This document shows, one piece after another, positions 15,501 through 30,500 of a DNA stretch of 64,000 bases (the first letter of the stretch is position 1; every line of letters begins with the position of its first letter). The notes below the pieces were generated by a model. It saw nothing but the letters and a program-made list of their open reading frames with translations. It had not been told where the DNA came from and did not search any database. Both the position numbers and the translations under genes were made by a program. Source of the stretch: Tubiluchus corallicola (lineage: Eukaryota; Animalia; Priapulida); NCBI GenBank assembly GCA_030141605.1, contig JAQGDQ010000138.1, forward strand, positions 310,001 through 374,000, given 5' to 3'.

Positions 15501-18500
15501 AATGTGATGTAAAGAACAGTGCAAACCAGGGGTGAATCATAAGTTCAAACTCAAAACAAAAAAGCTCTGATGTGTAATAAACAGATACTTGAGAAGCATA
15601 AACTCCACCAATGAGCATTGAATATGTTATAGAACTTATGATAAAGACCATGTATGTTTGTAACCTTACTTGCAGCTTGTGGTATCTAATAGGGTTAGCT
15701 ACGGCAATATAACGATCTATAACAATGGAGGTGATAAAAATCACATGCAGAATGATTAACGTTCCAATTAGAAATACCTGTAGGCAACACCATACGGTTG
15801 TCGGCTTTTGTGCAACATTAAGCGCAATTGACATCAGTGGATTTAAAATGCCCCACAGCAAATCTGTTACTGCCAAATTAATCAGTAACTTGTTATGGAA
15901 TGTCTGTAGGCATCTGTACTTGTAAATAACAATAATGACCACAGCATTTAGAAAAACGGTCGCCGTTCCTAATAGTGAAATTACAATTAGTATGGCAACA
16001 TCATGCAGACTTATTGTTTTTCTAAGTTCAAACCAGTCATCGATGCTTGAGTTCACTGACTGGTTAAGCATTCTGGTTATCTTCTGGTTCAACAGTCTTC
16101 TGGTATTTGCTACTCAAAGTTTTTGGATGACATCAAACATTGAAATTGACACAATTTTCAAAGGAAAATTTTTCGGTGTTCTGGAATTTCATGAGTCCAC
16201 ACAAATTAATGAGAAAACTGCTGCTTTTGTAGACACAGACGTTTTTGAAGATGGTTGCAAGCAGCTCATACGAAATCTTAATAATTTAAGAGCTTGTGTG
16301 ATCTTACTACTTTTAGCAAGATTTGTTTCATTAATGCAATGTTATTTACTGTGCTATTAAGACGAAGCCTGTAGATGTCATTCTCACTGGTTGGAAGCAG
16401 TTCCATTATGGTTGTACAAATGCTACTAAAACATCCCTTTTTGTTGCACTAAAACACCAACTTTATTACAAATAGGTTTTTCTGTACTCTGGATTGTGTC
16501 CAGTAAATTATTGCGTATACCGCTAATTCTAAAATTAGGATAAACACAAGCAAGGCAAAAGCTAGTTGACTGCAAACAGCTTAGAGTCCAGGTAAATTCA
16601 GAAAAAATACCAGGTGGAAAAATAATTTAACTTCAATAAGTGCACTACAGTATTTGTTATATTATAAGTGAAATTGTAAGAAGGGTGGTACAGTTGCACT
16701 CTAAAACAGTTTGTAAATTTATGAAAATACATTCATGATTCACTTCATAACTTAGTTGTTGCTGTGCAAGGTTTAAGCTAAAGTATACACAGCCTTTGCT
16801 AATTTATCGCATAATCACTTCACTATTAATGCTCACAACTGACTATAGTGAAACTTTTCCACAGATCTAAATGTTGCGCATGCTCAAGAAATAGACAACT
16901 ATCCTTCAAATCAATACTTCATGAGTGTTTGAATACTGTTCGCATTTTTACCTAGCAACAGAATGCTGTTTTTGTCTAAGAACATGGTGCCCATTGTTTG
17001 CCTGACAGCAGACTACTGCTTTTGTGTGTGAACTGACACTGTCAAAACATTCACTAGTTCTTATTGTTGATTATCTTGTGCCTTTGTAATGCTTGATAAG
17101 TAACTTTGATTTATAATTGCGCAGATTAAGAAAAAAGTTAAAATTCCTTCACGATACATTGATGATCCTGAAGCAGCAGATTCTCTTCCTATACCTGGAT
17201 ACTGTTACCTCCAGTTAGCTCAATTCACTCAAAAATACTCAGGTTTGCTGTAATTTTATTCATAAACCTGAATAAATTTGCATTTGAATGCAAGAATCAG
17301 ACCAACAGGACTGTAAAGTTGTTTATGATGAATAAAAATCTTGTTGCTTGAGAATACTGGCATAGCTATTTCAGCATGAAGTTAAATTAGTAACACAGCA
17401 GAGAGGAAGTTGTATTACTTAAGCAACTTATTAACAAACTTATTTGCTCTCTACCCATGGTTTATTTTAACATTCTTGAAAAATATTTCATTAAGGCAGG
17501 AATAATATTAAAATAAGACAATTTCATTTCTTGTGCACTGATTATCTGAGCTAGTGACTTAATCAGTGTTTGTTTATTTCAGTTGTTGATCATATGTTTT
17601 GTTTTTTAAGTCTTGATTTTATTATTGGCAGAATATGGTATCTTTCTGAAAGGACTGCTAAATACAGAGATAGAGAATTTACCTCGCACTGTGTATCATG
17701 TTACGGGTTTACGTACAATGCCAGTGGCACAAAATAAGACCATTGCAAATATTCCCGAGTTTTTATTTAACAAATATGAGAGAAGCAAAATGCCTGGTAT
17801 TCAAGGAGGATTGGCACGTAAGAATTGCTACTACTATACATATAAGTTTTTGCACATTTAGTAGATATAGGTTTGCTGAAGTCAAGTTTTGTAACCAAAA
17901 ATACTTGATCAAAAAATTTAGTGCTAGTAGTGCTGTGATATCTAAATGTCTTGTTTGTTAATTACAAAGTTTTCTTTGAATGCTTTATTATCTGATACAG
18001 CTTTACTGTGTAGGTATTTCATGTTACTAGACTATTTACATAAAAAACTGTTATAAATGCTTTGTGATGGTGTTGATTATATTTATAACAAGTTTCTGCA
18101 TTTCAGTTGGTGTGTTACAGACCTTTGATCCACCACTGTTCATGGACAAAGATGGTAAAATACGTCGAATACACGTTTTCAACAAGTCTCGGCAGTTTAA
18201 TTCCATTGTGTTGTCTCTCTTGCGAGACGTTCCTGTCCAGTGTGCGGAGTGGTTCAGTGCTCCTCTATTGCCGTCTAGCTGGATGTTATTCATAGAAAGA
18301 ATGTACCATTCATCAGTAGAGGTACCAAATGTGATATTTGTTAAAATAATAGTAATAACATTATTTCACTAGCTTGATAAGATTGCTTAACAAGAGAAAG
18401 TAGTTTTGCATATAACAGCATTTTTCCAGTGCTAGACAAATTATAGCCTTTCTTTGAATATCTATACTTACTCCACCACCAACTGACATACAACTTTACA

Positions 18501-21500
18501 AAAGCTTTAAAAGGGTATCAGCCTTATAATCATATCAAACATTGAAACTGGTCAAATTAGATCAGAATCAGACAAGGTTGGACTGGATTAGATTAATGGT
18601 AATAGAACTATAAAAGGAAAATGTTGGTAAACTGATTAAATAAATTTAAATATGCTCAGTTAATAGTAATGTGACTGAGTACAGTTGACAAAATGCTAAC
18701 AGTTGGTGAATTGAGTAATTAGATGAAAGAGATCTGAAAGACGAGAATTAAATTTCCATTCGAATACGTGGCAGATTACTTTGCAAAGCATGTTTTCTAA
18801 ACTCCGTTTACAAGCTTAACAGTTTTCAGTCGTGTGATGTTTAAAACTAGGTATAAAAACCTTGTTGCCTTTAGTTTTGTAGTTCCTTCATTTTGTGTAT
18901 CACAGCTGCTGTAATGCATTTTATACTAGTTTGAGAATGAAAACTTAATCTTTATTTAGGGAAGGAAAGCTGAGGTGGAAATTAAAGTGAAGAAAAATGA
19001 GTACACACCTGAGCAAGCAGAAGAGGAAACCAAAATTGCATGGCTCTCTGTTAGAGACCATATTGCCAACACGTTGAAAACTGCATCCAGGTTTGTTGAC
19101 AATCTTTTAGTATTTGATTCATTGAATTGAAGTGTAAATAATGTCGTTAGTAGAAATATTAAGTTTCTCTTACACATTTAAATTATACATTTGCATATTC
19201 TTAAATCTCATTATGGGATTTTAATTTGATGTTTAATTCAGCACATTAAAAATCCCATATAAAAGTTAAAATTTATACTAAAAACTAAGAAATACTACTT
19301 GTGAAAAAACTTACAAAAATGATGAAAATTTACAAAAAATATAATAAAAATATCTCCACGAATTAAAAATACAAAGCATCAGTTAAAAAACCAGTGGTGT
19401 CTACTTCGATAAATCATACCGTCTTCTAAATATTCTACTATAAAATCGCATATCAGTTTGGTGGCAAATATAGTTTACAATAAAATTTGCTGACCCAATC
19501 ATTCGTTTTCTAAATTATATGTAGGCTGAGAGATGCAACATTGATTTAAAATGTTTGATATTATTTTCTGCACATATTGTAGAAGATGGCATATCAGAAG
19601 CATTAATATGTGAAAACTTGTGAAGAACAATGTTGTAAGTGGTGCTGATCTTAGTTAAACTGCATACTTTGAAATTAGCCCACAAGTTTTTGCATTATAT
19701 GTTGTTACAGAACAAACAAAATAGTATAGTTTCACATTTTTGAACAAGAGTTAAATTTAGTTAAGAACACATTGCATCTGGCATTTAAGCTTTGCATACC
19801 TATTTTTATTTCCCTATCATTATTCTACTTTTTTGTTAATGGCCACATGTTAATGTTTTCAGGGGATCCCCATTAGAGCAAGGTAACTCCATTTTTGCTC
19901 TAGCCAGTTTGGCATCGATAGTATTACAGTATGTTATTGGTATGAGTAAAACACAGGAAGTGCCGAAAAAGGACCAAGTGGGACAGTCTAAAACCTGGCT
20001 TCGCATTGTTACAGAGACCATTTTAAATATTGCAGATGAAAACTATGAACCGCTTAATCAAATACTAAATTGGTTGCAAAATGTAAGTTGATAATTTTAA
20101 ATATACCATGGATGTCAGTTTTGAATGTTAAAATTTACTAAATAGTAGAATTCACCTTTACTCAGTAATTAGCACCATTTTGCTTGTTGTATGCAGAGCC
20201 ACGATGATGTTCTGATGCATCCTTAGCTGTGTGTTATAGTGATTAAATAAACAAGACATCAATGTGAGTAGTTGCTTTTATTAAATTTGCTCATAATATA
20301 CATCATACATCTATAAGAGCACTGAGCAGCATTTCTACGTCAAACCAATTATTTGTTTGTATAAAAGTCGCTGTCTTGCTTCATAGTAATCGGTTAGATG
20401 ACCGTGTTCAGCCTGAATACATAGACGAGGAGAACTTGCTACAGCCATTATTTCCTTGCTTTATCTCCCTTATGAAAATATGATAATACACTCATTTTGC
20501 ATACTATTACATTATATATTTATCCTTAATAGTATATTTATCTTTAATTACAGTTTGAAATTGGTATGTTGGTTATCTAGATTTGTTGTTTTATATTGTT
20601 ACAGAAAGCCGGCAAAGTTGGTTTTTTAGCTCGATGTGGAGCAATAATGTCTTTTGAAATCTTGGTACCTCACTTAATCACAGATGATACAGAGTACATT
20701 AGGTCAATGTTAAAATGTCTGTTGAGTCATCTTCCCGATGGATCATCAGGGGAGTCGAATTCTGTCACTTTCTGTGCTGGATTATCGCTGGGGTCACTAT
20801 TGTCAGTTTTATACAATGAGAAATTCCTCGATTTCTGTTCTGCAACGGTAATGATTTGTGGTTTAAATAAAATTTAACAACAATAGGTTACATGCCTGAA
20901 ATGACTCCCATTCTGTGACTCTTCTGTGAGATTAATACCACTGCTAGTGTAGCTTTTCAGTACTGCTGTTGTAACTGCCATAGCTACTGCAATTAACCAA
21001 ATTCCATTGCTTATTGTTACCACTGAACTGTATTTTATTTTTGTGGTTAGATGAAAGCTTGCTTGATGGAAGCTCAAGGTCACTTAGAAAATTGTTGTTT
21101 AAATGGAGATTTTGAAAATAGGTATGGCTTTCATTCGTGTATTTTGCATTTATTTATTTGTTTATTATGCAAGAGACTGAAACATAATGTGCGACACACG
21201 AAATCCTGGTTATCTACCATGGAAAAAATGCATACAATATATTGTTTGAATTTGTAATAGCATTAATTTTAATTATCGCTAACATTTTGAGAAAGTTTCT
21301 AAAAATCACTTTACTATTGACATATAAAAGCTGATAAATTCTGCAATTTTTGCCACAAAATAAAGGGAGCTAAATAGTAGATTTTTGTATTTTTCGTAGC
21401 TCATTTTTCAGAGTATGTGCACTGTCACTGTGTTACTGTGTTACAATCCTGTGTTAAATGCACTGTTTGGTGCTTTTAATTTGGTACCAAATAGCATCGT

Positions 21501-24500
21501 TGTTTAACTGTTTTTTTTCTAGATCTGGTTGCGTACTTGGATTAATGAGTTGTTTGACTGCTATTTGCCAAGAGGGAAGTGTTAGTAGTATAAATCATGT
21601 TACAGAAGTACTACAAAACTTACTAGATGCATTAAAAAACACAAATCCAATGAGCATGGACTTTCCTGTAAGTGCCCACAACCTGTACATTATACTATCA
21701 AAAAAATAATTTGTGTCATTTATTTGCATGAATTAATTTATAAACTTGTAAAACTACAACATTTTGAGTAAATCACGTGGGTATGTTGTAATTATTCTTG
21801 TTTTAGTAAAACATGACATGGCATTCATACCTAGCAAGCATAGCTGAATTATTGTGATACTTAGATTTGCAATTTCAAAGATTTCCTGATTTATATGCAG
21901 AAACTTTAGCATGATATTTCAGAGTTCTATCGTCTACTGTAGCACAAAAATTTCTAACTAACAGTTTGTTACCAAAAGCAAATTTTTTTCTTTTTGCTGT
22001 GGAAAAGCTGTTTCTTAGTGCTTTTATTCTGCATTAGGCTCTCGCTTTGTGTGTATCAGTAGTGACAAGTGTTGCCTTCAAGGCTAACAGCTTACAACAA
22101 GAAACATTTGCTAGCACTATGGAAGTATTGCTCAAACTACAAAACGAAAACCCGCAGGTATGTATGTTATTAACATTATGAGTACAGCATCTTATTATCA
22201 ATTATTTGTTTCTTATTATTATATGACAGTCTATGAATGCATCTTTAGTAGTACTAAGAAAATTAGCTGGCTTTTCTGGACCCTTTCCCCACCATTATTT
22301 GTTCTCATAAACAAGCATTTTTAGTATTCAATATAAGTACAGTGGGCACCACTTAATAGGCTCACGATTAATAGACACATTCGCTTAATTGACTCAAAAC
22401 CACCTGGTACGGGCCGCTTCTATTCAAATGTATATAAAACTGTTGACGGTTGACTCAAATAACTCTGCATAATTGACTCGGTATTTTTCTTTCACATACT
22501 TGAAATACGACATTTGTATGTGCCCAAAGAGCCTTTCCTACTTTTATATCATCTTTACTTCGCTTTTGTGCACTATAATATGTGTAGAAACAATTGTGTT
22601 AAGTACCGTTTTCCTTGTAAGCAAGTACGTTTATCATGCGCTAATGTGCTAGTGTAGCGGTTTTTCCTTGAATCTGTTACCTGCTTGTCCACTGCAATTA
22701 ACCTCATTACCCAAGAATTTCTAGAAGCTAAACATTTAATCAATTGTCTAGAGTTTCCTTTTGAAGCTCTCGTTGCAAATCACGCTTTCAACCAAAGATG
22801 CAGGTACATTATTCAGCCAGTATTCAGCCAAATAATTTTTCTTACTGGCTTTTAACAAAACTTAAAAAGGGGTTCTGTACTTTACTGGACTGCTTTCATG
22901 GCATAAAATTTAAGGTCACTTCACTGAGAATCAAAAGTAAAATTTCTGCAGTAGATGTATAGTATGATGTCTATCTGTTGCAGGATGCAGTATTAAGTCA
23001 GGCACTAGGAATCATAGTCAACACACTGAGTATTACTAAACAGCAGGATGTCATTCAAACGAAAGAAAACTTGAGTCAGCATTGGATGAAGTTGGTCACT
23101 TCTCAGGTACCGGAAAGCTTAGTATGCAAACTTGTCAGTTTTGAAAACCAACGTTATCATCTTAAGATCATACTTACATATATATATATATATATATATA
23201 CTATCACTTACGCACATTGTTTATTTGTAATTTGGTGTTCTGAAAATATAATGTTTAAAATGCACTGAACTAAGTGAATAATTTTGTTCTTGACTCTCTT
23301 GGCAACAGCAAAGTCAATTTACCAAACTGGTTTTTCATTTTTTAATATTTTACAGTGTTTTCTTATACATATTAAACCAAAAATCCAAAGTGCTGATAAT
23401 GCTGTAGTGCTGATAGATACAGTTAGCCTTCTTTTTCTATCCAAAAAAAACAAGATACAAACTCGATTTTCAAAAATGCAGCAGAGTTAAAATTAATACA
23501 TTGTTATACCAGTTGCTGTTTGCTTATTTTGTCAAGGCATCTTTACTTTAGTTAGTAGTACTTAATATTGTGCAAATGCCCTTACTGTGTGATCTTTGAA
23601 TTTGATTTTATGGTAAGTGTATAGCTTAACTTTGGTGAATTTTATTTAGTAAGCACTTAATCTTTTTTCTGAAACAACCCAACTTGCATCTTTTTATCAC
23701 AATTTTTTTATCTAGTGTTTTCTTTTAATTATTTTTATCCCTGTTCTTAGGTCAGCAACAAAACTTATTCAATATTATGAGAATTAATGATGGTGGATTT
23801 TATTATGCTGTAGGATTCAACTATGCTCAGCAGGCTGACAGCTCTAAGAGGCACATTAGCTCTGTTCGGAGCAGATGCCAAATTTACTCAGGCAAGTACT
23901 CTTGTATTTAATGCATAGCTGCGAACATGTAGCTTAACCTGCAATGCTTTTACCTTTTTCTTGAACAGCTAACAATAGATCTCACATTTTTCTTTGGATG
24001 AGTTAATTACCTTTGCTGAGGAATAGATCACTATTGAAGAAATACGTGTGCTAAAGCCTGCTCTCACTGTATTCTCTGTTCCAATTACCATCTTTGACTG
24101 CAAACTATGTCATCATTACATCTTACTGTACCATACGTCAAACTTTCTAAACTGTATGGACTATCTCTAGTGTTTAAGCATTATTGTTTAAAAATGTTGG
24201 AATAGTTCGAGATTTGCTATTCATTTTTACTTTTATTACAATTAGTTCCAAGATGACGCCCAAGCTGCATTTGACACACGTCTAAATGACATTGTAAAGC
24301 TATGCATTCAGCTACTCTCTACCAATACTGATTCATCGTTATTGTCGTCAGCTGCTTGGATGCTGGGTAAAGTGCACACGGCAACAAGCAGTCACAAATC
24401 CAGACGGGATGCATGTAAGTTAATAGTTGTTGTCTAAGCTGTATTCTTTCTGTTGCTACTTCTCAGTCTGTCTAATACTGATAAAGTATTAAGCATTTGT

Positions 24501-27500
24501 CATCAAACATTACAGTGTTAAGCATTTCTGTTTATTTTTACTTATTTATTTATAATATGTACATCTATGATCAGAAGTCAAGAGGCTTATGTCCATTAAA
24601 AACATCGTAAAATATGTCGACAATGTATAGACAGTAAAATTTCAGCTAAAAGTACAGTACACAAAGTGCATGGTTAGTACAATATAAACACACAAATATG
24701 TATAAATAAATTAAAAGTTAAGGTAAAGAATGGAAACTTGATTAGAACAGTAAAAATAGATAATTATGGTAAAAAATATTTATATCTTACTCCATTTATA
24801 TATGGAGTAAATATTTTCAACATATATTCAACACATCACATATTTTCAACAAGTAGATAATGATTTCTTATTATCATTTATCCCCAAAAGGCATTTTTGT
24901 TTTGTGAAGATGTCTAACTGACATCATATCCTGGTGTTCTGACACTGGCTAGATGTTATATGGAGGTCTTTACAACATCAGATTCTGATATTATCATAAT
25001 GTCACAATGTTATCGCAACATCTATAGACATTTTTTCGGTAGCTATTCCACATTGTGCCATATTATAATCTAAGCAAAATGTTTATTAACCATCAGAAAC
25101 TAATGTCAGCTAGACATTCAAATTAGCAGTTGTAGTATAGTTGGATTTTATTTGCTGACAGTATAACCCAAATCCAAGATCTGTATGGCATCTACACAAC
25201 ACTGTGTGGCCTTCGGGTTAGTTTTGATCTGTAGAAAAAAATTTTCTTCTGAAACTAGTGTTAAAATGTAAATTTTTTATTAAAATTCTGGTAGTGTAAA
25301 TTTGTAATAAAGCACTTGGATAAAACAGTCAAATATGAAACAGCTACATCTGATATATAATAAGAAATTATGAATTTTTCATTCAGATGATGGTTTCTTA
25401 TGATAAATTTCTTATCAGAAGAATTTTTTGAAATTTTGAATATTTTTTATTATCGTGTTACAGTGCCACTGGATTATTCCTACCTTGGTGATCAGTCAAT
25501 GTTGAATGGTTTGCTGAATATCATTTCTGAAGCAGGGAAAATAGGTAAGTATTAAAGGCCTATATAGCCCCAACACACACTGAAGTTTTTTAATGCGTCA
25601 TTATGATTACATTTAATAGTTATCTTTTTCTGGCGAATTTCGAATGCGTGCATTTCAGTAAAGATCGCCATGTTTTGCATCTTTTAAAACGAGTGAGCGA
25701 GAATGATGTACGAGGTACCAAAAGTGTCTTTGGTTGCTTGCTGATCTTTGGTGACCTCGTGACTGTACTCATAATGTCTTTCATCTCGCACAACGAAAAA
25801 TGGCAGTTCTTGAAATTTAGTAGCGCTAGCACCGAAGTGACAAAAAATCAAAGTAAACAAGCTTTATAGTAAGTTTATAATAAAATAAATTGAATTATTT
25901 CTACATAAGACTAGTTTTTTAAGTCCTTATTTCAGCCAACTATCAATTTAACTCCAACTTTTTATGGAGACTCAGTTTGAAGACTTATTCTATTAAAATA
26001 GAAATTTCAACCATTACTTCGTACGGAATTGTCTGTTACTCTTTCTCTAACCTGACGCATTTAAATAATTAAAGTGGAAATTATTATCAGAGAAGGGTTT
26101 TATTCCTTCAAGTTCCTATGTTAAATCAAGACCGAAGTGTTTAATTATAAGATTATGTGGTAATGTTATGTTCACCTAAAAATGTAAAATGCTGATTTGT
26201 TTAACTGTAGTTTCAGTGAATTTTTTTATTCTCTATAACTATGGGGGCTCATCCAGGTTTTCATGCATAGCATTTCCAGCATAGCTGAGTGTTGCAGTCG
26301 TCGTACATTGAGTCTGAGCATTTTGTTCTTTTGTGCCACGTAAAACATACTTTTTATTTGTGAACAGAATAATTTTGTTTATATTCCTAATGTAATCAAT
26401 ATCATGACATATGCACATGATCAAGTGATGCTTGCCTTTCGGGATGTATATCATGTAATTAATTAAACTAATTTGGTTTTGTTTTCATTGTTTGTCAGGA
26501 GTATTAACAGTAGTTGTCAATCATACATAGAAGACACGGCCTCTGTAAAGTTGTAATACTACATATGAAGCAGTCTGGCTTCTCTTACATAGATTTTCAT
26601 ACTCGTTTTTCATATTAGTTTTTTCTGCTCGGAGGTGTACAGACTACTTAGAACTGGCTGCCATTAATGTTTTCATTCCATGTGTCATTTTGCACATAAT
26701 TGAACATATTTAAAGCTACATTAATGATGTTTCTGGCAAGTGTGTTTTGATCAGTGTGAACCTGAAGAGACAAGGGTCCTGAAATTTCAGTTTGATTAAT
26801 AAGCAACAAGAGCTTATAGAAACGAAAGCCTTCATTGATAACAAATTTTGTTCATTCTTCGATGGTGACATTAGCTCATATAGAAGTATATTGTTATTCT
26901 TGTCAGTCATTGTTCCATTGGGCATGTTTAGCTGTCTTTATGTATTCTTATTTCTTAGGCTGTTTTGACCAAGTAAAAACTTGATTAATACCATTAGCTT
27001 GTAGACCAAAAGTGCCTGTACTTTTCAACTTTTTACATAAATTTCAATTAGAATGAATGTTATTTCTAGGTCCAGAAAGACTAAACAAAGATGAGCTGTT
27101 GATGTACTTGCGTGTTTTAGCCGATAAGCATACAAAGTGTCTGCCACCACTGAATTGGAGTGCAGTCCTAACACCATTAGTTAAACAACCATTTGGTAAG
27201 CTTTCTCTTCACTCTATACTATTTGCACTTTATAATGGTATGTTAGTCCTTTGATTGATGATTACAAATACATGGTAAACTTTCTGCTTACTCGCTTGCG
27301 AAGTAACTGATTAAGAAGTCTAGTTTGATGTGATGATATTGTTGTTGTTCTTCATGTAACATATTTTTCTAATTTAACACTCTATTGTGACTTGCTTGTT
27401 GTTTAACTGAAAAGAACCAATAGAAGGACATCATGCGAAACATAGCATGTTACCAAAGTTTGTTATACATGCGTGCATACTTCATATGAGCCTGTGTGCA

Positions 27501-30500
27501 TGGTTCGTGCATAGTCACCCACTGGTTTGCATTCCAGATTAGCTTATAGAGATTAAAAATGTCGCTAGATTAGTTTAAAGAATTAGATGTATAAGTTCTG
27601 TTGAAGTAAAAAAATATGCAATAGTACCGTAGGTTTCAGTCACTTTGCCCATAGTATGGAGTCAAAACATTTTTTCATAATTAATAGGTGACTTAGTTCA
27701 ACGTTGTTGCTTAGAGATAGCCTCAAACGAATGTCGCACTTCTCCTGCTGCTTTATCATTTGTTGTTGCCTGGTCAGTACCACCGCTGCTTCATACACTA
27801 CAGGTAAGCACTAGAAATTGCCATTGCCTTTATATGATATTTCAGCAAGAGTAAATTTGTGTGTGTATCAGCATATTTATATGGTTCATTTTTTGTTGCA
27901 TAAGTAAAAGTTTAATATCTTGCTTGTTGACATACTCGTGTCTGTCATTACTGATTCACTCCATAATGTTTATTCGTACACTGAGCGATGTACAAGTTTT
28001 ATCTTGGGCCATGTAATACAATACTATACACAGTTGTTTCTACGATTTATAGAATTTTTGCAAAAACAACTCTGGCAACAATGCATTTGTCCTCTCCAAC
28101 CTCACATGCTCCGCACAAACAGCCTGATATTTTTCAACTGCTGTGCCAGCAAGGCAGTAGTGAGGATGGCCTTGAAATTTCACCTACTGGTTTGAAAATC
28201 GATTCTATCCCATATACAAGGCACGTGTCACCAGGCCCCTCGGCTACAACATTGCAAATTGCTTTTAATCATAACCAATAGCTCTACTTCTACATTTTCT
28301 TCTTTTCGTGATGTATGGATTAAAAAAATTATGTCATTTATTGACAGTCTTTAAATTAAAATTATGCATAGTTAGTTAACCACAAATTATTTTGTACTCA
28401 CAGTTAATTGAAAATTAACCTAATCAGTCAGTATTACTATGGTGTGGCCATAGATGCCACCACTGTGACCATCACTATCCAGGATGATAAATGCTGGCTT
28501 ACATGCCCGATCCTCTTTTTTTGTCCTTGATGTCTATAATTGTTCTTGAGTGCTGTTAACTCTCTACACCAACTTTGATGCTAATTTAATTATGACAATG
28601 ACATGCCATGTGTGTTTGACCCTTTAATCCTATTGACGCTGCTTCTTGGTGCTTCTTGATGATAATGATGCTGCTGCTTGTAATGATGATGACGATGATG
28701 ATGATCTCAGTGATAATGATGACTTTGATGATGATGATGATGATGATAATCATGGTGATGATAACGGTTCTAGTAAAAGCTGGAATGCTTGCTTGTGCAT
28801 TTCACATTTATTTTCCAATATGATTTTCAACGCGCTTATTAGACATGTGCTTTAGTTTGAGAGAATTTGCTTTATACATGTACTTATAAACTCACCATAG
28901 TTTGAATATTGTTTTAAATTATTTTTGAAGTGTTAAAATGTTCTCAGTTAATGTATTTTTTAGCCTGAAAGCAAAGTCGTAGTGAGGCAACGACTCTCTG
29001 GTCTGGCACAAGTCTTACCTACTGGTAAACTGTCCTTGTTTCTACAGCATTCGGTTAATGACTTGTTTATGGGGTCCTTGGCAACTCAATCTGGGAAGGT
29101 TTGTTTTAATATTTTTGATGCAACAAGAATTTGTTGATGTACATTATAAACTTTTAGTACGAATGGTGGGGTTCCCCAGGGGGATTTCCTCATTCCTGGA
29201 CTTTTTACACTTTACCTAGTGTCGTGAAGCTCATGATTTCTTGATTTTATTTTTATTAATTATTAGTTTGTAATTAGTATCAATAGTCATATTATTACAT
29301 TCTCTTCTTAAAATGTTAAATTAAAATCCCATACAAGAAATTTCAGTTTCAAAACTGCTTTATTTCTCTGTATACAGTCTAAATTTTCATCCTTGAACTA
29401 GTATGCATAACATTTATCTTCATTGAATTGCTGGCTTCCTTTCACTTCATGGAAAATTTTACCTGGGCAGTTGGTTTTTACAGATAGCATTGTAAGCACG
29501 TGACTTGAGAGAGAGAGCAATGTATGCTATCACTACTGATTCAGAAAATAAAGTTTATGAGATATAAAAAGAAACTCACCTGCATTCTACTTTATTTATC
29601 AGTGTCTTAGCACTTACCTTTAGAACTTCTTCATTCCTAGCAAATACATTTAAGATCCGAATGACAATCATGATTGTGATACCACTGTCTGCGATAACCT
29701 TTTGCAACATGTTCTTGACCACACGTATCTTGCTTTGGAATCGAACAATTCCTGATTGGTCAACAATATGCAGACGATATAGGTTGAATTGGTGTATCAA
29801 ATTTTGAAACTGACACAGTAAAAAGGGATTTTCTAAAAAAAAACTAGAAGAAAAAATGTTCCAAGTAAACCAGTCAAAAACAGAAGAATATAGTATTACA
29901 ATAGATGGTAATCAATCATGGAAAAAGTGCAAGTATATGGGCTCTCTTCCAAACACTGAAGATGATATTAAAAATAGAAAGCAGCAAAACATTAACCTCC
30001 ATAATTTGTTTGGAATGGTGTCTTGCAAAAATATCATCTCCCAAGCAAGGCTTTGAAGAAACCTGGTGTATCACTGTAAATTTATTACAACTAAATGTAA
30101 TTTACTCACTTATGTAATTCCACAAGTTGATTATGATACAATATTTTTTGATGATGATAGTTGCCAGGATCTCAATGTTACTTGCACAAAATCAGGCTCA
30201 TTGTTTGATGTAAGTATTGCACAATGAGCTGTATCTAATGCTTCTATCAAACTTATTTTGCAGGCTAGCCAACCAGTTTCATTTGTGATTTTATGCCTCT
30301 GTTTATTAGTGGTTCACCCTTGATTCTTCTACATTTCCGACATTTTCTTTAAGCAGCGTTTTTAGAATTGTTAGATTACAGTTTGATAATTTGAGTAAAT
30401 TGTTTGGTATGGCATGCAAAAGTGCAAGTTTTCCCATTAGCTGCTACTGTTATGTTATTATAGATCATTCATTCTATTTTGTACAGAAATGTTTTTAAGG

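Noticed and set aside
15065-16360. Plus-strand ORFs (79, 66 and 141 aa) overlapping the GPCR
   Set aside because: Antisense shadows of the GPCR coding sequence; no independent motifs.
24905-25120. 15-bp imperfect inverted repeat ATGTCTAACTGACAT / ATGTCAGCTAGACAT
   Set aside because: Probably a decayed MITE; termini and TSD are not definable.
27988-28281. 97-aa intronic ORF in a slightly GC-richer patch
   Set aside because: No recognisable domain, and flanking FOCAD exons join in frame without it.
28646-28855. Asp-rich 69-aa ORF
   Set aside because: Translation of a (GAT)n microsatellite; no splice or homology support.
29576-29800. Minus-strand ORF with strong-looking donors, suggesting a second nested gene
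   Set aside because: It is antisense to a YADD-containing LINE RT remnant on the plus strand.
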